Assembly (NCBI GenBank): GCA_050084515.1
Contig: CM114271.1
Span: forward strand, 49,476,001-49,540,000
Direction: 5' to 3'
Length of the DNA stretch: 64,000 bases
Source: Blasia pusilla
Taxonomy: Eukaryota
Shown piece by piece: positions 14,701 through 27,634 of the stretch. Made by a program: the position numbers and the translations under genes. Each line of letters opens with the position of its first letter. Positions within the stretch are counted from its first letter, which is position 1. The notes beneath the pieces are model-generated. The model was not told where the DNA came from, did no database searches, and worked only from the letters and a program-made list of their open reading frames with translations.

Positions 14701-15930
14701 ATGACCTAGTCTCCCGCAATGATCACACTGAGTTGGGGCCGACTGAGGCCCATCCTCCAAAGTCCGTCTCCCATCCTCTTGGGGACAAAACTTCCTAATA
14801 TGATCACCTCCACATGTCCAACATGATGTCCCCTTCTGCGGGGCAGCAAATGAAGGCAATGGTCTCTGCACAAATGTCCTCTAGGACTTGGAGGTCGCAT
14901 GTACCCCACGACTCCCACTACTACTACCACCACCACTACTACGAGACTGTGAGGTGGGCGGCTGAACACGAAGTAGTAGTTGTATCCCTCTTGAATGCGG
15001 ATGTCACCACTCTCTCCTTCACCATGTTAAGCTCAATCTTCTCAGATAGAGCAAACACATGGGTCAATGTGGGTGAATCATCACTCATAAGAGTAGCATC
15101 ACGTACCCTACGGCGCAAATCTCTGTCCAAGATCCCATACCAAAACTGGACTTCCTGATCCTCAGTCACACCCTGGATAACTGAAATCAAGCGATACGAT
15201 GGCGTGTATGCCTCACGAAGACTCTCACCGTCTTTCGCTCAAAGTCTTGAAGATTCCTCAACTTCTCCGTCTTCACTCCTTGATAGTTCTTCTTCAACCT
15301 CTTGAAGAACTCTGCAACTGGGCTAAACGATGGTGGGGCACTAGTACCTCCACTAGTACCCCCACTAGTACCTCCACTGGTACCCCCACTCCGGCTCGTA
15401 CTCGTACCACTCAACGTCGGGCTGGCTGGCATAGTAGGAGCACTACTACCAATACCACCATGGGTGATAGACACATAGCCTGGAGACCAATATTGTCTCC
15501 ATGCCTCAATCTCAGCAACATGGTCCTTCCTAAACTCATGGTAATCATCCATGGGTGGTCCTTCCAAGTCTTTGAAACAACCCTTCCAAGCCAAGAAGGG
15601 TGTAAACAACGTGGCGTTCGCAACATCTGCATATCACACCACGTATCAAACTCCTGCATGAAGTCCTCCAACTCAATGGTACCCACTGCACCCGAGTATC
15701 GTCGTGGGCCCTTCATGGCCCCATATCCACCGTCCATGTCCCAAATCAATGGAGCTGCAACACTCGATAACAACGTAGAAGACTCGGTGTTTGGAACACC
15801 CTCGTCCTCCTCTTCATCAACCGTCGGAAGTGGAAAAGGTAGCCGATACCTAAATCCACTCCGTGTGAAACCACCACTATCCGCACCACGGTCCCCAACC
15901 AGACCACCCGACAGCTCCGTGATGACCAAC
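8743..15930 (-). pseudogene. E1 gag-pol polyprotein (Gag-PR-DNMT-RT-RH-IN-PHD), frameshifted
   Basis: ORFs 15411-15929 (RRYSGAVGTIELEDF), 14665-14871 (CWTCGGDHIRKFC; CDHCGRLGHPRERC), 12810-13124 (VLDLFGG), 10861-11799 (RT, YIDD), 10280-10783 (RNase H), 9579-10322 and 9277-9558 (integrase), PHD remnant at ~8746-8881. Confidence 0.93.
12140..13090 (-). pseudogene. DNMT3-like C5 cytosine methyltransferase domain of E1
   Basis: Motif I VLDLFGGIS, motif II YVERD, DLVIA(G>stop)WPCQ, YILENV, AHRPCLWWTNL, ERERAMG, RRHVLGQAMD. Confidence 0.92.
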
Positions 15931-17502
15931 GCCGATGCCGCACCACCACCAAATTACCAAGTGACGTCGATGTCGCTATACTATTCTAGCTCTACTAGCT
16001 ATGGGTGTAGGCAACCTAACTTGTCATCACCACAAGAAGTCTCCCACAATCTACTCGTCATCCCTCCAGCCTCACTATCGGTAGCACACAGGAGTAACAC
16101 TACTCTGGAAATCAGCGTCAACCCTAACAATGGGCGCGCAAGCAAGAAGCACGATGGAGGGGATCCAAACACAGGAAATCCAACGACAACCCTCCAATCG
16201 CAAATGGAAATCAAGGTAACACAATCCACCAAACGTGGTGCCCTCTGAATCCACAAAACCCACCACACAATTCTAACGTAATAGCTACTCCGCCGCGGTC
16301 GATGACGTGCTAGTTAACGCAAAGACCTGAAAATATCACCTGCATGGAGAGGCTACACCGTACTATGCGCTAGAGGTACATCAACCAAAAACCTGAGATG
16401 CATAAAGCGCCTAACACATCTCTGAACAACACCAAATGAGCTACAACAGTCTGTACACTAGCATAGTTAAGAACTCGGCAATTAGGCGTCCTCCAGGTAG
16501 AATAGCCCAAAGATGGGTGACCAGTTATGCAAAACTCAAATCCCAAATCCTGCAAAAATTGCCTCACGCCCAAGCAAGCAAGCTTGCTTGCTTGCTCCTT
16601 GCTCCTTACTCCGCCTCTCACGCCCACTCGCCCCGAGCTACCACGAGTTGCCTCGAGTTGCCTCGAAGCTTCAAAATGCTCGAGACTCGCCCCGTTCGCC
16701 ACGCTTCGCCATGCTTCGCCATGGAGAGAGGTCCAACCAGGGCGCCCCCAACGGGATAGGCGTCTCCAAAAATGAACGAGTCACCAACCAACCAGCCCCT
16801 CCGATCCGCTGTCCACCATAGCTAGGCGTCTCCAAAAATGAACGAGTCACCAACCAACCAGCCCCTCCTATCCGCTGTCCACCATAGCTAGACCTTGAGC
16901 TAGTCCGCGAAATTTTGATCAGAAATTACTTCACAAATACGTGACCAAAATCAAATCTGTTTCAATCAGAATTCAATTGACCACCATAGCTATCTCTCCA
17001 CAAAAAATCAGCTACAACCGAGCTCTGTACTCCGAGCTAAAAATCAAACAAACTTGCTGTCCATACACCTCCAGAATCCCAAATCCGACAGCGCTTCCGC
17101 CAAGTTTCATGCACGCAGAAATCCGCAACGCTCCACACACTCGAGCATATAGATTCACGGGAGATCACAATACAAGTAGCAACAGGAACCTCTCACCCGA
17201 TCTGGATGAACTTCAACACAACTTCCGCACTCCAAGCTCTCCACATCAGAAAACCGTCGAACACGAACCAGAATCTTCAATCCTTGATAACTTCGAACTC
17301 CCTTGACAAAATCCGGCGATCTAAAGCGCGTTGGAAAGCTCTCAGCAAGGCGCTTCTTTCCCAATCAACAGCGCACCAGATTCACACCTCCAACATAGGC
17401 CACAAGTCACAAACATCCACGGCTGAGTACACAATCAGCCCTAACCAGATCCTACTGATCTACAATTGAAGCTACCATCGATCTACTCCAGTTCTTTGAG
17501 TG

Positions 17503-17866
17503 AAATCCGTGAAAGACCTACTGTCATAAAACACGTTTACAATCACATACAATCGAGCCAAACCCACTCCACGATGGGAGAATCTAGGTCGAAGCTTGCG
17601 GGAAACATCATAGCCAAGAGCTCTACTCACTACCAAGGCTAACTCCCAAGCATAACAGGCTCAACTCAAAGAACTGATCGTTCTTTGAGGGCAAGCCACC
17701 TTATATCCTCCAACCCAAGCGGGCCCTCTTTGGGAAAGTCACCCTAAGTGAGTAACCCCAACCCTATGTATGGAACCGCATCTCTACCAAGCCACTACGG
17801 TCCTACATAAGGAATGGCCTCTACCAGCACACCATACTCTACGACATAATCCGTATGGTCATGAAA
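17503..17866 (-). promoter_or_regulatory. E1 5' L segment: promoter with TATA box, predicted initiator and adjacent self-complementary PBS
   Basis: GATATAA on the minus strand at 17701-17707. TCAGTT initiator-like site ~30 nt downstream (~17675). Minus-strand 17664-17676 is complementary to minus-strand 17489-17501. Confidence 0.7.
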
Positions 17867-18789
17867 ATATGTCCAAACTTGTCTGTCCATGTCCGTCCTA
17901 AAGAAGGACTTATCCGTTTTTGGTCAACCATGCCGTGGACTTATGTCTGTCTTATGGAAGGACGTATCCGTGTGGGCCTCACCTTTCCCTTCTTTCTCAT
18001 TCCCCTTCGTGTTCCATACTCCCCCATTTCTTCCTCCCTCCACCTCCATTCCCTCCTCCCTCATTGCTCCTCTCATCCTTGCCTTGCCTTCCATCATGGA
18101 TTAAAATTGTGGGTCCCATCTCTTGGAACCCATGTCAGTGGATATGTCCAGACTTGTCCGTCCATGTCCTTCCTAAGGAAGGACTTTTCTGTTTTTGTGC
18201 AACCATGGTTTTAGGACTAGAGTTTACTTTCCACTTTGGAAAGTGACTCTTGACTCGTTACAAGAGGTCAAGAGCCAAGGAGGTGACCTACGAGCATAGC
18301 TTGCAATAGTAGGAGTTTGGGAGAGGGAAAGGGTTATACCCAAGGAGGGAGAGAGCTTTGGAGATAATTCTCTCTTACTTAAACCTCTTGGCATAAGATG
18401 GTAGAGCTACCTCAGTGCCTTGTGAGTAATCCAAGTCTCTCATTAGGAGAGTGGATTTGGTTTGACATAAGAGAGTCTAAGATGGAGTTTGTGTACACAT
18501 TGTGAGACATCTGGAATACTTATGATTTATTGGACATATTTTAATTTGATATATACTCTATCGTCTTGATGTTTATTTAGATGCCATGAGCTAGTATGGA
18601 ATCTTGTATGTTTGTGTGTATGACAATGATATATGTTTTGTAGCAATGTATATGCACACAACAAGAGGAAAGGGCTCCTTGCTAGTCTAAAATTGAGGTC
18701 TTCCATAGTACTAAGATCTTTCCTCTAAAGTACTCCTCACTTCGCTCTTGATATCAAATCTCTTATACAAAGTAGTTGAAGAATTTGAG

Positions 18790-19020
18790 GATCCTATTAT
18801 AACATCAAAAAATTCCTCCTGTCCTTTATCCCTCATCAGAAACTTCCTCTTGTCCTTGATTGCTCATCAAAAACTTCCTTCTATCCTTGATCACTCATTA
18901 GAAACTTCCTTCTATCCTTGATCCTATTACAACATCAGAAACTTCCTCCTATCCTTGATCACTCATCTTATAGTCAGAGAACTTTGGGATCCTATTACAA
19001 CAATAGAAACTTCCTCATGT
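18790..19020. repeat. Degenerate ~30-bp minisatellite (atcagaaacttcctcctatccttgatcactc)
   Basis: aaacttcctc/aaacttcctt recurs at ~18840, 18871, 18902, 18937 and 19007. Confidence 0.7.
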
Positions 19021-19086
19021 CCACGATCTCTCATCTCCTTGTCCATCTGAGTCTCTCTTGTAGCTTTCCCTCAATGACATATCATA

Positions 19087-22000
19087 TGTCATGTCTTTTG
19101 GGATGGATTGAAGAGATCAAGTACAGCGCCTTTGGGGATAGTAGAGGACAGCCTCAAGAGGTTGAGGATGACATGTTGAGGCCACGGGTAACCTGAGAGA
19201 GCATGTTTCCCCTTCGTTTCGGCTCATTTGGAGCCATGTTGAGAAAATTTTGGGTAAGTAACCATTTTGAGCATAGTTGAATTTTTACTTTAGGAAGTGA
19301 TCCTTGACTTCCTACAACAGGTCAAGAGCCAAGGAGATGACCAACAAGCATAGGTTATCGTGGAGAGAGCTTGGGAGAGGGAACTTGGGAAGGGGCTATA
19401 CCTCAAGAAGAGAGAGCTTGAGAGCTCATTCTCTCTTTGTTGAATGTCTTGGCATAAGGCGGCGGAGCTATGGTCCTCATTGCCTTCTATGTGTAACCTA
19501 AGCCTCTCTTTCGGAGAGTGGGTTTGGCGTGACACGAGGGAGAGAGACAAAGATGGAATTTTGCATCTTATAAGACCTTGTTGTGAGAGAGCATCACATG
19601 ATTTACAAAGAGAGAATGAAGGATTGGGAGGGCTATAATAGAGGAGTTCGCATGAGAGTGTTCTCCATTTTGCAGCTCATGGTAGTGCTCACGGGAGCAA
19701 GAATTCTGGTTGGTGTTGTTGTCTTTGCTGATCTTTTGTGCGACAGAGTGACCCGCGGAAGCACTGCCAAATTTTTATTAGAAATTAAGTATGGGGCTGT
19801 ATTGGTCTATACTGGTGCTCTTGGGAGCACCATGTAGGTCTTTGGTTTGTAATTTTATAGGTGTGAGATTTGGTTTAGGAGAAACCAACACGGAAGTGTT
19901 GCCAAATTTCCTATAGGAGTGAAGATTGAAGGGTTGTACGACACTCCCTGTTAGTTTTTGTTGGAAGGTCAAATAGAGAAACCAATTTGAAGTTTTTAAA
20001 GATCAAGAAGTTATGCACATTGTGGAAGAAATGGTGCACAATCTTGAGATGGGAGCACTAAGTTATGGTCAATCTTTTAGGTTGCCACAACCATCGTTCC
20101 AATTTTGGTTTTTTTACCTAAACTGGCCGTCGCCGTTTCCATCACCCTCATCATCGCAGTCACCATCACCATCATCCACCATCTATGATTCCGGCTATTC
20201 ACATCTTCGTTGCCTTCACCACTCCTATCTCGACACCATTCACAGCCACATTGGGCCACCGCCGCCAGACTTGATTGAGTGTGTCCGCACCGCTGCCACT
20301 TGCGCCCTCCCCTTGCTCTGACAAGGTGAAATTTTGATTTATGGGGTGAAATTTTTCATCCTAATTTGCTATGCTTTATGATTTGTAGCCGTTGGACAAT
20401 GATCTAGTACCGTGTCGTGACACCCGTAGCTGCAACGCGCCACCAATTTCCGGGTCGTGCCTCTTCTGGCCACGCAGCACCGACTCGATTGCGGAGCCGC
20501 ACCATCATTGGGGAGTATAGTGTGTGTTTTTGATAAAGGAGGGTATGCCATTGAGTGTTGCAGACCATCACCGAGTGCCTGCCATTTGTAACCTTGAGTT
20601 TGTAACCAGTCTGTGCCGCACCATACCATTGTACTCACACCCCACAGCAAGGAGGTTTGAGCATTATTAATACGGGGGGAGTACGACTTGCTGATTGGAG
20701 AAATTTGGTTTCACAACCAAGGTGGGGTCGAGGATTTTCTATTGCTGAGGAGCGACACTTACATTTGTTTAGGTTACCCATTATGGTCTTTTGCGCTACA
20801 CGTGTGAGGGAATTCCGGATATTTGGTACTTATTTGGGGATATTGGGTTTGTAGAGTTGTTGAGAGCATCGTTAATGTATGGGTTTAGGGGACATAGATG
20901 TATGTGGGATGTCTAGAGTTGAGGGTATGTGTTATCCATGAGACGATAGACCAGTCGTGTATTGTGCAATTTGTTGCCGCATATTACACGTCTCAATAAG
21001 AGGGAGTGGAGATTGAGTGCCGCAAGTTGGATTGAGTGATTGAGAATGATTGCTTGAGAGGGGCATGAGGGTCATCACGAGGTCCTTTTCAGACTTTGAG
21101 AGACGAGGTGGTGGACGTGAAAGTAGCTCTAGAGGGTTTAAATAGAGTGGCACAAGGTTTCAAGGGTCTCCACGTGAGGGATCGCCTCGACCTCCTTTTG
21201 TGTCATCTTCAGAAGAGGGGGAGGGCGTAGAGGAGTTTGTGAGCAAATCACCACACATAGTGAGTGGTCCTAGCGTCTAGAAGTACAAGATGGGCAATCA
21301 AGGTAGAGGATCGCGTAGATTTTTGGGAGCTGTAGGCACAATAGAGTTGCACAACTTCATTGCGGAGTTTAGGAGTTTGTGTGATTCACATCAGGCTAGG
21401 AACTCTAGAAAGTTTAACCCGTTCACAATATGGAACGGAATATTCCAAAATTTAGAGGGGGCACTCATGGAATATTACCATGAGTTTTCCCAAAGGTACC
21501 CTCATGAGATTGAGGCCTAGAGCCTCGACTATGACCTACATTACGAGTCATGGATAGAACCATTTCCAGATGAAGAGGAGGAGCTAGAGAGGCTACTTCA
21601 TCCGCTACTAGTGATGTGGTAGGAGGCATGAGTCGGACAAGAGAAATTGCATCGTCTAGTCGGGTTTGTCCTAGGTTCAACCCACTTGTTGAGTTCTTTG
21701 CAAAGTTGCAAAGGAACTACTAGGGCATATGGATTAAGAACTTGGGATGCATCCACGACTTCTAGAGGTGTGCAGGAGACATTCACTCCCTTGCGTTGTT
21801 TGATAAGTGTCACTTAGGGGGTAACAGAGGCCCAGGTTGTCCGGGCATGGTAAGCAATGTTAGACCAAGACCTGCAGAGACGAATGAAGGATGCAGTACT
21901 ATTGATGCGCACCTCACCTACGTTGAGAGATGTTTCTGAGATGGAGGAGTGCATTGACCGCAATATGGCTGAGGAGAGCGTAGCAAGCATGGATCATGTA

Positions 22001-22782
22001 TGAGAGCAATCATGATTGTGTGCAACACGAGTGTCGCAACACGGATTTTGAGAAAGGATTGTGGGACCACGACCAGAGGGAGGATATCGAGAGTCTATGC
22101 CACAGAGATCTACTCCTTCATATGCAGCGCAACAGTAGCCGCCCAGGATGATTTATTTGGCATGTGGTGGAGCCCATCACCGGCAAGATTGCACCCGTCA
22201 CGGTAGTGGACGCATGCCTCAGCCTAGAGGAGGAGATGGATGTGCACCAGGAGTACCCCAATGTGATTATTGTCAGAGGTATGGTCATACGTGCCCGAGG
22301 TGTTTCATCCTACACCTTGAGTTATGCCCTGACCAAGGGCCAAAATGCAAAGAGGGCACCGGAGTGAGTTTCCGGTCCGAGTGGGCCTAGAAGTCGTGCA
22401 CCGTGTGGTCTCGTTGGGGGACAAGGAGTCAGATTTGCCTAAGGGGATGGTGGACATGCCCGTGGAGGAGATATAGGTCCACCACTTAGACGTGTTGAGG
22501 GAGACGTAAGGCATGAGGCTAGGATGGATGCTCAAATATACCACTTGTAGTAGGGCATTGCCGCTATGGCATTACATTAGCCGATGTCAGGTTAGTGGCA
22601 TCCACGTCATATGGAGTAGTCAAAGACATAGATCAAGGATCTTGGTTGGATGTGCGGGGCTGTTGTTACTCGTGGAGCAACAATAGAGTTGGATCCGCAA
22701 CGAGGGAAGGAAAGGAAAGAAACCAGGCTTCCTCACTCCTTTACTTTGTGTGAGGTGATAAGGACTCCATCGATGGGTCCTT
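19087..22782 (+). mobile_element. E5: 3'-truncated old copy of the E4 subfamily (L segment, leader, Gag remnant)
   Basis: Starts tgtcatgtc. L 19087-~19604 is homologous to the E4 L. PBS acaaagagagaatga at 19605-19619. Gag fragments RRFLGAVGTIELHNF (21290-), CGGAHHRQDC and CDYCQRYGHTCPRC (22148-), ELDPQRG..RLPHSFTLCEVIRTPSM (22650-). Confidence 0.85.
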
Positions 22783-22794
22783 ATCCTTTTTTTA

Positions 22795-23820
22795 TCTGGG
22801 TGATAAAGAAAAGGACTTGTCTAATTTTTCATTTCTTCTAAGTATATGCTCTTATGGTGAAACTTTGACAACTTTGTAATGAGAGTGTTTCAAAAAACCA
22901 TGAAAAGTTTCATGAAAAATGGATATTGAAACAAAAGTAAAAAATGAAAAGGTCATTCTAGACCTTGGTGATTAGATTGGGAAAGAAAAAAGGACCCGTG
23001 TAATTTTCATTTCTTCCAAGTATATGCTCTTGCTCTGAAACTTGGTCAACTTCTTTATAAGAGTGTTTCCAAACACCATGTATAATTTTATGGAAAACAT
23101 ATGTTCAACTAAAAGTCAAAAGATACAAGGTCATTCTAGACCTTTGTGATTAGATTAGGAAAGAAAAAATGACTTGTCTATTTTTTATTTTTTCCAATTA
23201 TATGCTTTTGTCCTAAAAATAAGTCAAATTCTCTATAAGAGTATTTCTAAAAGTGATATAAAATTTCATGAAAAATGCTATTGGACGTTCAGCCTAAAGT
23301 CCAAAAATTCAAAGGTCGTTCTAAACCGTGATGATTAGAGTGAGGAAAGAAAAGGAAAGACTTATGTATTTTTTATTCTTTCCTTGATATTGCCCAAAAA
23401 CTTAGTCAATTTTTTCATACGGATGTTATTGTTTCCAAGAACTTTGCAAAAATTCATGGCAAATGGATGTGCAACGAAATGTCCAAAAATACAAAGGTCA
23501 TTCTAGACCTTGGTGATTAGATCGTGAAAGAAAAAAGGACTTGTGTAGTTTTCATTTCTTCCAAGTATATTCTCTTGCTTTGAAACTTTTTCAACTTCTC
23601 TACAAGAGTGTTTGTAAAAGTCATAAAAACTTTCATGGAAATGAATGTTCAAGCAAAAGTCCTGAAATGCTCAGGTCATTCTAGACCTAGGTGAGTATAT
23701 CTAGATCAAGAAAGGAAAAAAGACTTGTGGGATTTTCATTTCTTCCAAGTACATGTTCTTGCCATGAGACTTTTTCAGCTTCACTATAATATTGTTTCCA
23801 AAAACCATGAAAATGCATGT
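22795..23820. repeat. AT-rich tandem array, ~5.5 units of ~178-184 bp
   Basis: The motif ggtcattctagacct..gtgattagatt recurs at ~22951, 23129, 23313, 23496 and 23674. ttttcatttcttccaagtatatgctct recurs with the same period. Confidence 0.9.
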
Positions 23821-23824
23821 TTAG

Positions 23825-23952
23825 GTGAATTTTGGTGTGGGCTCAAGTGCGGGCCGCATGTACTCAGGCCAACACGGACATGTCCATCCATAGGAGGGAC
23901 ATAAGTCCGCGGACATGAACATGTCCGCCCGACTTTGTGGGGTGCAACCTTG
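23825..23952. mobile_element. hAT-like MITE right end
   Basis: TIR tgcaaccttg at 23943-23952, the reverse complement of caaggttgca at 7734, preceded by ggacatgtcc sub-terminal motifs. Confidence 0.6.
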
Positions 23953-26900
23953 GTTTTTGAGTGGCCCACTCGAGTACCCCCTTTGATTTTTGCCCTTTTT
24001 GATTTTTTTCAAAAAAATATGTAATTTCGGGTTTCCCCTATTGCTAGAAACAAAACTTGAAATTTGAACATCTCTCAATTTTCCCTAAATATTGAAATTA
24101 ACTTTAAATTTTTTAAATAAAAAATAGAGAAAATATCATGGGGACTTTACAAAGTTTCTACCAAGAGTGGAAAAAGTTAAATAAATTTAATGTAATTACT
24201 TCAACCTCTCTCCCATTCAATTTTTGGCTTAGTATAGGATAAAATCAAATAAAACTTGGAGACAATTGAAAATGAGCTAATGCCCATAATAGTTTGATTA
24301 AGCTAATGTTTCATACCCGATTTAGTTTCCAAAAAACATAGAATCGGTTCCTTATATTTTAATAATACTTATTTGTCCAATATTCTATTACTATCCAACA
24401 TCTTTTTTTCCCAAATTTGAAAATTCATTCTAATTTTCCCTCCAACTAAGCTTCTCATTTAGATAATTTCCATACTAAGCATCCTAAGAAAGGATTGTTC
24501 TGTAAATAGATAGTTGAACTTATCATGAGAAAAACTTCACATATTTCCATATGAATTGAAATATCCACTTTACATATTTAATATATTAATAGTAATGAAA
24601 CCCATACTTCCTTCTTAAAAAATAGAAGATTTGACCTTATAAATTTCAAAATGAAAATCTTCAAGCTTATTAATAAGATCGTTGTTCCAACCCTCATGAT
24701 CTCCCAAATAAGAAAAGAAAATTAGGGTTTCTATCTAGCCATTTTCTTTCCAAAATATAGTTCCAATTTCCTCCCCAACCAAGCTTGAAAATTAAAAACG
24801 AATTTTTAAATGAAAGTCTATTTTATCCTTGAAAAGAACCATTATTTTCCCACTCTTCCACTATTCTCCTTCCCCATTTTTTCCAAAATAAGAGGTAAAG
24901 TTAAAACTTGAATATTTTCTTTACTTAGGCACCTTTTATTAAGAAATAAATTCAATATCTTAAATTAGAAAATATGAGGGTGATATTAAGGTTGTAAATT
25001 TTTTATAATTTAATTTTCTTAAAAGGAAAGTTTCTAAAACCTCTTTCTCATTCAATTTTTGGCTCATAATAGGATAGAGTGAAATATAATTTCAAGAGAA
25101 TTGAAATGCTCTAGACATGGGCCTTATTGAGAGCTTCACAAAATGGGCTAATGCACATAATACTATGATTAAACTAATATTTTAGATATGATGTTAACTT
25201 TCCAAAATTTACTTCAAAATCACTCTTAATCCCAACCAAGCTTTAAAATTGCATTTCTTTCCAAAATAAAATCACTTCCATACATTTTAGTAATACCTAT
25301 GTAATGCCCACTCTTCTATTATTATCCAACATCTTTTCTTCCGAGATTTTAAAATACATTCTAATTTTCCCTCCAAACTAAGCTTCATATTGAAAGATAT
25401 AAGTAATTTCTAGACTAAAAATCATAAAAGAAAACAGAGAGAGTTCTTTAAATGGATAAGTATACTTATCATGAGGAAGACTAAACTATGGTATTAATGG
25501 AATAATAATACCTTGGTGGTGATATAAACGAACTTTCCTTATCCACATATTTGATGAATTCCTCCTCGATTTTGGAGGAGAATTTTCTCCCTTAAGCAAG
25601 TAGCTAGGTGTACATTCTTTGAAGATATGCTGAATGTGGATCAAATGAGCTTTCCACCATCCTAGCGCTGGTGATCTCCAAGTTTCTTCCATTCATCAAC
25701 GAGGCGTAGAATATGAAATTTCTTGTCCGCATCCACTTGAAGTTTGTGAGCCTTTGATTCACCTTGGTTCTAAAAAAAATTAGACTTGGGTGATGCATGA
25801 CTTTATCACCACAAGATTTGAAAATTCTTGCGTGCGGAGGGGAATACGTTGGTGGAAAAACTCATGAAATTTTTTATGGGTAGAATTATACCAAATACTC
25901 TCAAAATTACAACACCTTAAAATTACACCTTGAACTTTCATTTTCGTTGAAATGGAATTTGGCGTCGATGTATTCTCATGGATGATTAGAATTTTCCAGT
26001 CAAACCCTATTGTTCTAGGCATATTCCCAGAAATAGTACTTCTTATCCAAAATTCCTTAGAAAATTGATTGTCATAACTGAATTTTGAACATGCTTTTGA
26101 AGAAGAGAAAAACCTGCAAAAAAGCAATGACTACAAACCGGAACACTTTTGAAAGTCACGATGACACGACCTAAGGGCACAGTGAATTGAAAATGGGGGC
26201 AGTTGAATTACACATGCGTTTCCTGCGTTTGATGGACTTGATACGCAGCAGCATACGGTACGACGTGTGCTGCCTTCTACTCGATCTAGTTGTTGTGCCA
26301 CGACGAATGAGGTTCCCGACTATCACACGGCCTTTTGGTCGCTCGATCTGCCACGTGTCACGCACGGATCTTGTGTACACGGGGCGTCTCCCAAGCCAGA
26401 CCCTCGGCCGCTCGGTCCATTGCCGTTAGGCCGTGCCTTTCCGCGCGCGTTTGATTTATAGCTTGTGCTTGTTACTTTCTTGACGAATGTTCTCGGGAAC
26501 TTATTCGATTCTTACAAGCGTATTCATAAACATGATTTTCTCCCGCTTTGGCTATTGTTTGTATACTTCCACGACGAGATAAATGTTTAAAGCCTATTTT
26601 GATTCGAGATCCAATCAATTACTTTCCCGGGTTTTTAGATGTATGGGAGCAAAAGGTGACTTTTGTTTTGTACGCAATGAACAAGGTCTTTAGAGACAAA
26701 CTCTTCGTCCATTTCTGAATTTTGTCACCTTATCCACCCGCTGAATAGACAGGGACGAAATGATGGCAAAGAGCATTCGAATTCCACCATGTTACAAGTT
26801 CGCTTTCGATGGTAATTAAAGCATAATAGTTTCAATTCTGTTTTGTAAATTGACGTCGTAAATGGTAGCGACAAGAATGTCTATTTCATCTCTTATGATG

Positions 26901-27634
26901 ATGGTATAATTAATTTTTTGTACTGTCATTAAATTAGATATGTTGCACTAAAACTGAAAATTGAAGGTAACGTCAAGGAGAGTTTTTTCTATGTTGAAAC
27001 AGTCGGTGCTCGTAGCTTGCAGTTGAATAAAAAATGATGATGTACACGATGACCACATTACCCAGTCGTTTGAAATATGTACAGTATGGAGCTTTATTAA
27101 CAGAATATTGAGTGCCAAGGATTAAATCCCCGTAGAAAATTCTCATCTAGGACTCCGCACCGAGTTCCTAATGAAGAGACAGTAGATTGGATAATTCTGT
27201 CCCATCGACTCTTCGAAAGTTTTGCGGGCTCGTATCCATTTCAGAGAAAACCTGGAAATTTTGCGAAATGACAATCTCTGCGAGAAAATTGTAATGCACA
27301 AACTACTGGAAGATCTTGTGAAACTTTTTCTTCCATCTACCGCCTCGGGAGATCGCACGAACATACCCGGGTACGAGCGCAGAAATGTGAATCCGTCTTC
27401 CGTCTTCCGTCTTCCACGTCGAAGGATGAGGAATCCGTCTCGTGGCAAACCCGGAGATAGAAGACGGATTGCCACGAGATCCCCGGATCTAAGCGAACTG
27501 ACGGTCAAAGAATTTAATTACACGTAACAGCGGCGAGCTACAGGATGAACGCTTCTCTCCGAACTATAGTTCTATACTGTCACCCCCGCTTCTGACATTT
27601 GAAGCTTTGTGGAGGCGACGATGGTGACACTGAA

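Larger units (their letters stand above)
7987..17866 (-). mobile_element. E1: Ty3/gypsy-type retrotransposon with DNMT3-like and PHD domains and split (permuted) LTRs, near full-length, degenerate
   Basis: On the minus strand the ends are T(t)TCATG...CACGACA, with TSD acat/atat. L1 17503-17866, PBS 17489-17501, PPT 8572-8580, S1 8464-8571, L2 8095-8461, S2 7987-8094. ORF fragments give Gag, PR, DNMT, RT (YIDD), RNase H (LHTDWS), integrase (HHCC, D-D-E) and PHD. Confidence 0.95.
7734..18207. mobile_element. Non-autonomous hAT-like MITE (~0.6 kb net), split by E1
   Basis: Terminal inverted repeats caaggttgca (7734) / tgcaaccatg (ends 18207). 8-bp TSD cttttagg / gttttagg. Internal tandem duplication (7760-7986 resembles 17930-18150) rich in ggacatgtcc/ggatatgtcc motifs. 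Confidence 0.75.
7436..18663 (+). mobile_element. Old solo L-S terminal unit of the E4 subfamily, interrupted by a hAT-type MITE that itself contains E1
   Basis: 7436-7733 and 18216-18663 together align by eye with the E4 L+S repeat (cctcaagaggtcaa.gatga; aggtcaagagccaaggaggtgacct; cattaggagagtgg; S segment attgga..gatgccatgag..tatgcacacaaca). Ends are tatca...caaca with flanks aaag/agag (4-bp TSD, 1 mismatch). It contains a ~110-bp tandem duplication at 7445-7664. Confidence 0.75.

Noticed and set aside
15199-16248. 349-aa plus-strand ORF (and similar antisense ORFs at 44818-45699 and 56944-57624)
   Set aside because: These are antisense shadows of gag/pol, with low complexity and no recognisable domain.
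22795-23820. CRISPR-like array
   Set aside because: Whole ~180-bp units are homologous, with no unique spacers and no cas genes. The context is eukaryotic.
24190-26130. AT-rich region with a partial internal duplication and short minus-strand ORFs
   Set aside because: No identifiable domain or termini; probably decayed repeat DNA.
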